The notes beneath the pieces were generated by a model. That model did not search any database. It saw only the letters and a list, made by a program, of their open reading frames with translations, and was not told where the DNA came from. A program made the position numbers and the translations under genes. Below, one piece after another: positions 56,322 through 64,000 of a stretch of 64,000 nt of DNA. Location of the stretch: NCBI GenBank assembly GCA_000436975.1, contig HG000340.1, forward strand, positions 3,864 through 67,863, given 5' to 3'. Position 1 is the first letter of the stretch. Every line of letters starts with the position of its first letter. This stretch comes from Clostridium sp. CAG:1000 (GTDB lineage Bacteria; Bacillota_I; Bacilli_A; RF39; UBA660).

Positions 56322-58978
56322 ATGAATAAGGTAATAGAAAAATATTTAAACAAAAGAAATGTTTGGTTTATCATTATGTTAGTGTGTGTGTCTTTGATAT
56401 CTATAGGATATGCTGCTTTAAACACGACTTTAAGTATCTCTGGTACTGCGACTGCTAGGGCTAAAAGTGATATTAGAGTTAAAAATATAACTCTTAAGTC
56501 AACTTCTAATCATGGTTCTGAAGTGTATAGCAGTAGATATTCTAAAGATAATACTATTACGAGTGTTAGTCTTCCAAATGAGACCTCTACTGTAACTTAT
56601 ACTGTAACTATACATAATTATTCTAATATTACATATATGCTTCAAGATATACAGACAATTGAAGACTCTAATGCAGATATAACATTTAATTATTCAAATG
56701 ATATAATAGGGGATGATATTCCAAAAGGTGAGGATATGACTTTTGATATAACTTTTACTGGGTCAACATCTGAAAATAAAGTTAAAACATTAATACTTAA
56801 ATATATATTTGTTGAAAATAATAAATATTTATTTTATGAAAAAGTGCTTGCTGATAATGTTGTTACTGATGGAAAGCCGGATTTTTCAAGTACTAATACA
56901 TCAACTGGGGCTTTTTATAAGAGCACTGATAATCTTGGGACAACATATTATTTTAGGGGAAATGTAACAAATAATTATGTTTTATTTGGTGGATTTTACT
57001 GGAGAATAGTTAGAATTAATGGTAATAATTCAGTAAGACTTATTTATCAAGGAACTGCCTCTGATGGGAATGGTACTACTGGAAATGGATACTATGAAGA
57101 TGAGACTAAAAATGCAGTTAACAAAACAAGAAAACATTCTTACGTAAGATATTACTATAAATCCGGCTCTACTGAGTATTCTGCAATAAGAAAGTCAATA
57201 GATTCATGGTATAATACAAACCTAAGTAGTTTTGCTAACTTTATGGACCCTGACGCAGGATATTGCAATGATTATAGTACTACTAGTGGCACTTATAGGG
57301 ACTCTACTTCTTCTAGTAGCGTTACGTTTAGTGGAAATGGTAGACTTAGTTCACACAACCCAACTACTGTTTGCGCACGTCAATATTATGAAACGCCAAC
57401 CACATCAAATACTGGTACCAAGTCTCTGCCTTATCCAGTTGGTACTATTTCAATGGATGAAGTAATGCAAGCTGGAGGAAGTAATAGTAATAATAAAAAT
57501 TATTACTTACATACTGGAACTTCATATTTTACTATGACTCCATATGAATTTGAATATAAAAAAGTAGGAGTTTTATACTATTATTATCCAAAAGTATTGA
57601 ATGTTAATAGTAGTGGTAAATTAGCTAGTGTAGATGTTTATACTAAACATGGCTATAGGCCCGTTATTAATATAACTAGTTATATATATTGGTCAAAAGG
57701 TAATGGTACTGCGACCGCACCATATGAACTTAGTTTTGAAAGCGTACCAAGCTATCAATTTACTTTAACACCGACACCTAGTGATGCTAAAGTGGTACTA
57801 AAAGTAAATGGTACTACTGTATTTGATGGTAATGGTGAAGCCGTAATATCTGTTAAATATAAAGATGTAATTACATACACGGTAAGTAAAGATGGATATT
57901 TAACTTATACTAATAGTTATACATCTGGTAAATCAAATCATAATATTAATGTTTCTTTAACTAGTAAGTCGCCTGTACTTGCAACATATATAAGAGATAT
58001 ATATAATAATGATACAGTTAAAACAGATCATGATCTTAATAAATCATATTATACTTATGCAAACAGTGTAGGCCTAATTGATGATAGAAAGGGTGGCGAT
58101 GTATATAATAATGGAAATATTAGGTATGTTGGTTCTAATCCTAATAATTATATTTATTTTAACTGTAGTGATTATTCTAATCAATCATCAAGCACATGTG
58201 AAAAATGGAGAATTGTCGGTGTATTTGATGGAAAGGTAAAATTAGTTAGACCTACTTCGATAGGCGAATATTCGTGGACAAGTATTCCGGAAATACTATA
58301 AATAAATGGGATCCTGATCCCACAAATAATTACAGTGGTGCTGCTATAATGAATTTAATGAATCCTGGATATGATAGTTTATCTGTTAATAATAGTTTGT
58401 ATTGGAATTCAGGTTCTGGTAATTGCTATAATGCAGCAGGTGGAGCAACTACATCATGTGATTTTACAAGTACGGGGCTTAAAAATGATACAACTAGAAA
58501 TTTGATTAGCACTGAAAAATATTACTTATATGCTCCACGGACAGGGGAATTATATGCAGATCAATTATATGTTCAAGAAAGGGGGGCGAGTCCGGGTTCA
58601 CAATATGATGGTTCTAATGATATTCCGCCAATGTCAAGAAATGGTTATTGGGAAGGTAAAGTAGGCCTTTTATATCTGTCTGATCATGCGTATGGTGCAA
58701 CTCCTGGAAGTTGTCTATTACCAGTTTTTAACTGGCCTTCACCATGTTTAAGATCAGATTGGTTAGCATATGAAACTGAAGAGAGATTCATAACACCATC
58801 GTTTAAACAAAGTAATGTATGGTTTGCTCGTAAGATTGGTACTTTAGAAGGACATATTAACTCTGGAGATGCCGCTGAAGCAATAAACATAAGACCAGTA
58901 TTGTACTTATATGCAAATCAGGAATTTAAAGCAGGAGATGGAACTTCAAGCAATCCTTTTCAACTAACAGTAAACTAA
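56322..58978 (+). pseudogene. Large N-terminally anchored exoprotein with two copies of a pilin-associated globular domain, split by a -1 frameshift (ORFs 56322-58301 and 58274-58978)
   Basis: N-terminal TM segment followed by YAALNTTLSISGTA. Repeated domain signatures are FYWRIVRINGN...YRPVINI...GNGTATAPYEL and KWRIVGVFDG...INIRPVLYL...GDGTSSNPFQL. The two frames overlap over 58250-58301. Confidence 0.55.
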
Positions 58979-59002
58979 AAAGCTTTCAAACGAAAGCTTT
59001 TT
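58977..59002. terminator. Bidirectional terminator between convergent genes
   Basis: Perfect hairpin aaaaagctttc/gaaagcttttt. Confidence 0.75.
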
Positions 59003-59720
59003 AATTATGTACCAAAACCATTGTACCAGTATCTACATTTTCATATATTTCTTTAGCAGCGTTATGAGGAAGATTGACACATCCATGAGAGCCATTATTA
59101 ATATAAATATCTCCTCCGAATGTATCTCTCCATGAAGCATCATGAAGACCTATACCACCATCAAAAGGCATCCAGTAATATACATGCGAATTATATCCAG
59201 GGCCAGTTAAATAAGTATCATAAGTCTTATAACTAATAGGGAAGTATCCAATTCTTGTTGGACTACTAGTTTTACCTGTAACTGTAAGAGTAGTTAATAT
59301 TACTTCATTATCTTTATACATTTTAACTGTTTGATCACTAATATCAACTTCTACAAATAAATTAGGTAATATTTCTAAATCATCATTATAAATATAACCA
59401 TTTTGAAGAGATTCTGTTTGAACAAAAGCAACATTAGAATTACTACTTATTCTAAGTACCTTTTGACATCTTTCAACTACTTCAATAACATTACCATATT
59501 CATCATATAGATTAGTATTTTTAAGTACAGTGGCGAAGTCATTATTTTGATAAAATGCATCAGGAGTAGGAGTTTGTTCTATAGTAGGTATAACTTCTTC
59601 TATGACTTCTTTTGTTTCTCTTACATCTTCTTCATTTTTATTATTATTTTTAATTTGGCAACCACTAGTAAGTATTAGAGTTAATGCAAGTCCTAGTGAT
59701 AAAATATTTTCTTTTTTCAT
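59001..59720 (-). CDS. L,D-transpeptidase (YkuD domain) lipoprotein
   Basis: AAGGAG RBS and lipobox LTSGC. GIGLHDASWR...GSHGCVNLP catalytic motif. Confidence 0.85.
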   Translation of the reverse strand: MKKENILSLGLALTLILTSGCQIKNNNKNEEDVRETKEVIEEVIPTIEQTPTPDAFYQNNDFATVLKNTNLYDEYGNVIEVVERCQKVLRISSNSNVAFVQTESLQNGYIYNDDLEILPNLFVEVDISDQTVKMYKDNEVILTTLTVTGKTSSPTRIGYFPISYKTYDTYLTGPGYNSHVYYWMPFDGGIGLHDASWRDTFGGDIYINNGSHGCVNLPHNAAKEIYENVDTGTMVLVHN

Positions 59721-59784
59721 ATATCTCCTTTGGAATGTATTATATCATTTTATTTTATTAAATCAATATTTTTGATTAAAATGG

Positions 59785-60020
59785 TTTACAAACTATATTG
59801 AAGGTGTTATAATTGTTTTATTAAATCAAATGACGAAGACGATAAATAATAGACTTTATAGAGAGTTAGTGGTTGGTGGAAACTAATAAAGAAAGTTATT
59901 TATAGATCACTTCTGATGAAGCTTATGGATAAGATAAGCTCGCTACTATAGCGTTATTTAAATAAAGTGAACAAAAGGATGGTACCGTCATTATGACTCC
60001 TTGTACTGTTCTTTTTTATT
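59785..60020 (+). promoter_or_regulatory. Promoter plus T-box leader, probable Ile specifier AUC, upstream of ileS
   Basis: TTTACA (59785-59790), a 17-nt spacer, then TATAAT (59808-59813). Stem I agagagttagtggttggtggaaactaa. AUC-A in tagatcactt. T-box core aaaaggatggtaccg. Terminator with T6 at about 60011-60016. Confidence 0.8.
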
Positions 60021-60035
60021 TTGGAGGAGAAAGAT

Positions 60036-63000
60036 ATGGAATTTAAAAACAATTATGATTTTGTTAAAAATGAAGAAGATGTTTTAAAATATTGGGAAGA
60101 TGATAAAACATTTAAAAAGCTTCTAGAGCAAAACAAAAATGGAAAGAAATTTAGATTTATTGATGGGCCTATTACAGCTAATAACAGAATGCATGTAGGT
60201 CATGCATGGGGAAGAACATTAAAGGATACTTTTATTAGATATAAAAGTATGAATGGCTATACTAGCCACTATAGAAATGGCTTTGATGGACAAGGTTTAT
60301 GGGTTGAAGTAGAGGTAGAAAAAGAATTAGGCTTTAAGACTAAAAAAGATATAGAAGAATATGGACTTGATAATTTCACTAAAGCATGTGTTGCAAGAGT
60401 TAAAAAATTCTCTAAGATTATAACTGATCAATCTATTAGATTAGGTCAATGGATGGATTGGGATAATTCATATTACACATTAACTGATGAAAATATCACT
60501 AGCATTTGGTACTTCTTAAAAAAATGTAATGAAAAAGGTATGATTAAAGAAACATTTAAACCAATGCCTTGGTGTTCAAGATGTGGTACTTCATTATCAG
60601 AACATGAAATGACAGGTAGTTATCATGAAGTAGAACATGAAGTAGTATTTTTTAAGTTACCAATTATAGGTAAGGATTATAAAGCTCTTGTATGGACAAC
60701 AACTCCATGGACACTATCTGCGAATGTAGCACTTGCTGTTAATCCTGAATTTGACTATGTAGTAGTTAAAATGCCTAAAGATGAAGATAAGTTATTATTA
60801 TGTAAAACAATATTTGAAAAGAAATTCAAAGGTGAAGGAGAAGTATTTGAAGAGTTTAAAGGCAAAGAACTTGAAGGACTTGAATTTGAAACTTGTTTTC
60901 CTGAATTAGATGCTCAAAAGGACGTTAAACATCCAGTAGTATGTTGGGATATGGTTGATGATACTGAAGGATCTGGTATCGTTCATATCGCACCTGGTTG
61001 TGGAGCTGAAGACTTTGAACTTGGAGAAAGTATTGGACTTGCTAAAATTATGCCTATAGATGAAAATGGTATATTCTATGATGGATTTGGATTTTTTAGT
61101 AAAAAGAATGCTAAAGAAATATCAAATGAAGTATTTGAAGAATTAAAGAAAAGAAACAAATTATTCTTAGTACATAAATATAAACATAGTTATCCTTATT
61201 GTTGGAGATGTAAAGAAGATATATTATTCAGACTTGCTAAAGAATGGGCTATTGATGTTGATGTAGTAAGAGATGACTTAATTCGTAATGCTAAGAGTGT
61301 TAAATATAGTCCTGAACATCAAGGAAAGAGAATGCTAGATTGGTTGCAAAACATGGGCAATTGGAATATTAGTAGAAGAAGATTCTATGGTTTACCACTT
61401 CCATTTTATCACTGTGATTGTGGTCATTTAGAAGTAATTGGCTCTAAAGAAGAACTAAGAGAAAAAGCAATAGATAAAGATTTAGTAGATTCATTACCTG
61501 AATTACATAGACCATGGATAGATGATATTAAAATTAAATGTCCAAAGTGTGGTCATGAAGTATCAAGAGTTCCACAAGTAGGAGATGTATGGTTAGATGC
61601 AGGAATTGTTCCATTCTCTACATTAAAATACTTTACTGATAGAGAGTATTGGAAAGAATATTTTCCAGCAGAATATGTAATTGAGATGCATGAACAAATA
61701 AGATTATGGTTCTATTCAATGTTATTTATGTCTACTGTACTTGAAAATAAAGCACCATATGAATTTATCAAAACTAGTGGTATGGTTGTTAAAGAAGATG
61801 GAACTAAATTTAGTAAATCTGATAGTAACTCACTTTCATTATATGATGTTATGAATACAATAGGTAGTGATGCATTAAGATATAACTATCTTGGTACTAA
61901 TACTGCTAATGATGTAAGATTTGGTTATAAATTAGGAGAAGATGCTCAAAAGAAACTACTTGCTTACTATAATATGGTAGTATTCTTTAATACATATGCA
62001 TCTATAGATAAAGTTGATTTAACTGGCTTTAAACCTAATAAAAAAGATTTAACTTTATCTGATAAATGGTTAATTTGCTTAACTGATAAATTTATTCGTG
62101 AAGCAAGAGAATCCATGGATAAATATGAAACTAAGTTGGTAGTAGATGATTTTGAAAAATATGTAGATCAAGTAAGTAACTTCTACATCAGAATTAATAG
62201 AAGAAGATTTTGGAAGAGTGAGGATGATAGTGATAAGAAAACTGCATACTTTGTATTATTTGACTCAATTAAAAAATGTACTCAATTAATGGCACCAATG
62301 ATTCCATTTATGACTGAATATATTTGGCAATGCGTTATAACTAAATATGACTCATCAGTCTCAACATCTGTACATTTAAGTACATATCCAGTAGTTAGTG
62401 ATTATAAAATAGATGAAAGTATTTTAGAAGAAACAGATAAATTAAGAGAATTAATTTCTATGGGATTGAGAGCTAGAAATGAAAAAAATATTAAAGTAAG
62501 ACAACCATTAAATAAATTATATGTTTCAAGTGAACTTAAAAGTAAAGAATATATTAATATCCTTAAAAATGAAGTAAATGTTAAAGAAATAGAAGTTGTT
62601 AATGACTTTGATAGTCTTAAAGATGAATATTTAACTCTTAACTTTAAAAATGCTGGTAGAGTACTTAAAGATAAAGTAAATGATGTTAAAGAACTATTAA
62701 ATAGTGTTAAAGAAAATAAAGAACTAATTAATAATATTAAAGAAGGCAAAAATATTACTTTAGGTGAATATGATCTTGAAAGTGATTTATTCAATATAGA
62801 ATTTAAAGAAAAAGACGATATTAAAGTAATATGTGAAAATAATATAACAGTAGCACTTGATGTTAATGTAACAGATGAATTAAAAAATGAAGGTATACTA
62901 AGAGATATTATAAGACAATGTCAAGTATATAGAAAAGAAGCTTTATTTAATGTTGATGATAGAATAACTATTTATTTTGAAAGTGATGATAAAGATATAA

Positions 63001-63134
63001 TGGATATTCTTAATAAAAATGAAGAATTAATTAAATCTGAATTACTTGCTAAGGTTGAAAAACTTGATAAGTATGACTTTGAAAGTAAGTTTGAAGATAT
63101 TAATCTAACAGTTAAAATGAAGAAAAATAGTTAG
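60036..63134 (+). CDS. ileS: Isoleucine--tRNA ligase, long form of about 1030 aa
   Basis: GGAGGAG RBS before the ATG at 60036. HIGH variant HVGHAWG and KMSKS variant KFSKS. CP1 editing domain and Zn-like CxxC pairs (CSRCGT, CWRCK, CPKCGH). Confidence 0.9.
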   Translation: MEFKNNYDFVKNEEDVLKYWEDDKTFKKLLEQNKNGKKFRFIDGPITANNRMHVGHAWGRTLKDTFIRYKSMNGYTSHYRNGFDGQGLWVEVEVEKELGFKTKKDIEEYGLDNFTKACVARVKKFSKIITDQSIRLGQWMDWDNSYYTLTDENITSIWYFLKKCNEKGMIKETFKPMPWCSRCGTSLSEHEMTGSYHEVEHEVVFFKLPIIGKDYKALVWTTTPWTLSANVALAVNPEFDYVVVKMPKDEDKLLLCKTIFEKKFKGEGEVFEEFKGKELEGLEFETCFPELDAQKDVKHPVVCWDMVDDTEGSGIVHIAPGCGAEDFELGESIGLAKIMPIDENGIFYDGFGFFSKKNAKEISNEVFEELKKRNKLFLVHKYKHSYPYCWRCKEDILFRLAKEWAIDVDVVRDDLIRNAKSVKYSPEHQGKRMLDWLQNMGNWNISRRRFYGLPLPFYHCDCGHLEVIGSKEELREKAIDKDLVDSLPELHRPWIDDIKIKCPKCGHEVSRVPQVGDVWLDAGIVPFSTLKYFTDREYWKEYFPAEYVIEMHEQIRLWFYSMLFMSTVLENKAPYEFIKTSGMVVKEDGTKFSKSDSNSLSLYDVMNTIGSDALRYNYLGTNTANDVRFGYKLGEDAQKKLLAYYNMVVFFNTYASIDKVDLTGFKPNKKDLTLSDKWLICLTDKFIREARESMDKYETKLVVDDFEKYVDQVSNFYIRINRRRFWKSEDDSDKKTAYFVLFDSIKKCTQLMAPMIPFMTEYIWQCVITKYDSSVSTSVHLSTYPVVSDYKIDESILEETDKLRELISMGLRARNEKNIKVRQPLNKLYVSSELKSKEYINILKNEVNVKEIEVVNDFDSLKDEYLTLNFKNAGRVLKDKVNDVKELLNSVKENKELINNIKEGKNITLGEYDLESDLFNIEFKEKDDIKVICENNITVALDVNVTDELKNEGILRDIIRQCQVYRKEALFNVDDRITIYFESDDKDIMDILNKNEELIKSELLAKVEKLDKYDFESKFEDINLTVKMKKNS

Positions 63135-63142
63135 GAGTAATT

Positions 63143-63733
63143 ATGAAAAACAAGGTATTATTTATAAAAAATATAAATGAATTTAATGAATTAAGAAATA
63201 TTAATGGGGATACTAGAGTTACAGCAATATTATTAGATGATTTAGACTTTAAAGGAGAAAATTTTGAACCAATAGAGTTTAATGGAAAAGTAGATCTTAT
63301 ATTAAGAGGATTTGGTATGAATATTAAGAATATGAATATTATTAGTGAAAAAGATGACACTGGTATATTCAGAAAATTAAATAATTTAAATATTAAGGAT
63401 GTTAATTTCTTTAATGTTCATACTTATGGAAAAAGTAATTCTGGAAGTATAGTAGGTCGTGTTGATAATAAACTCACATTAATACATTCTAAGATCATTA
63501 GTGAAGTTAATGGTAATGCAATGGTTGGTGGTATTTGTGGACTTGCCAAGAAAGTTAAATTAATAGATTCATTAATAGCCACTAGAGTAAGCGCATTAGG
63601 TGGTAATGGTCTAGCTTTAGGAGCATGTGAAACATTTATAGATCACAATAATACTTTTGTTAAACTCGGTAAAAATAAAAATCATGAAGAAACTAATGAA
63701 AATAAGACTGGTATTATATTATCTTTAAAATAG
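63143..63733 (+). CDS. Hypothetical protein (possible GLUG-type repeats)
   Basis: AGGAG RBS. GSIVGRV, MVGGICGLA and LGGNGLALGA are repeat-like. Confidence 0.45.
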   Translation: MKNKVLFIKNINEFNELRNINGDTRVTAILLDDLDFKGENFEPIEFNGKVDLILRGFGMNIKNMNIISEKDDTGIFRKLNNLNIKDVNFFNVHTYGKSNSGSIVGRVDNKLTLIHSKIISEVNGNAMVGGICGLAKKVKLIDSLIATRVSALGGNGLALGACETFIDHNNTFVKLGKNKNHEETNENKTGIILSLK

Positions 63734-63734
63734 A

Positions 63735-63764
63735 AAAGAGCGTTTTAATTAATGCTCTTTTTTT
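63735..63764 (+). terminator. Rho-independent terminator
   Basis: Hairpin aaagagcg/tgctcttt followed by a T-run. Confidence 0.6.
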
Positions 63765-63792
63765 GATATAATCATAATAGGAGGATGGTTAT

Positions 63793-64000
63793 ATGGACGC
63801 TGTAATACGAAAAGCAGAACCGAAAGATACAAAAGAAGCAAATAATTTACTAACTATGCTTATAAGAGATGAGAAACAATATGATCATAGTATAAATGAA
63901 AAGTGTGTAATTAATGGATTTTATGAAAATATGATTTCTAATGATTCTAATATTCTTTTGGTCGCAGAAATTGATAATAAAATCATTGGGTATTTATTTG
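63793..64000 (+). CDS. GNAT-family N-acetyltransferase, N-terminal part (runs off the window)
   Basis: AGGAGG RBS. MDAVIRKAEPKDTKEANNLL...LLVAEIDNKIIGYLF is a typical GNAT N-terminus. Confidence 0.6.
   Translation, partial: MDAVIRKAEPKDTKEANNLLTMLIRDEKQYDHSINEKCVINGFYENMISNDSNILLVAEIDNKIIGYLF

Noticed and set aside
1-64000. Looked for CRISPR arrays, rRNA genes, reverse transcriptases or retrons, integrases, and prophage structural genes.
   Set aside because: I noticed no regularly spaced direct repeats, no rRNA-like sequence, no RT or integrase motifs, and no phage morphogenesis genes in the ORFs or the intergenic regions I read.

Overview
Chromosomal segment of a very AT-rich, spore-forming Firmicute: spoIVA is present, polC and dnaE are both present, and leaders are T-box type. 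About 90 percent of genes are on the + strand. The backbone is housekeeping: efp (partial), dut-tyrS, aspS-lysS, ileS, tmRNA, tRNA-Gln, tRNA-Thr, gpmA, polC, dnaE, polA, uvrA, obg, lepA, alr, sepF/divIVA and spoIVA. Three aaRS operons carry T-box leaders. Accessory material sits between these genes. (1) A TnpB-only IS200/IS605-type element with a putative omega-RNA. (2) Three dispersed prepilin-type genes, one fused to a large C-terminal domain. (3) A pilC-like / prepilin-peptidase pair followed by a large frameshifted tandem-domain exoprotein, with no pilus ATPase in the window. (4) A sortase B gene next to a PKTG-anchored beta-helix/MucBP surface protein. (5) A divergent SecA translationally coupled to a SipW-like protein that seems to lack the catalytic residues. 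(6) An alr / ATP-grasp / MOP-flippase operon. (7) A compact module of an HTH-fused Mre11-like phosphoesterase plus two paralogous small proteins. Several genes are decayed: dinD, a Cys-rich small gene and the large exoprotein. Non-coding signals seen by eye are three promoters placed so that the ATG is the likely transcription start (leaderless), a 37-nt promoter-region repeat present twice, and an AGTGTTTTT box at fixed spacing from four -10 elements. I found no CRISPR array, no rRNA and no clear prophage. All family assignments come from motif recognition by eye and need HMM or structure searches.
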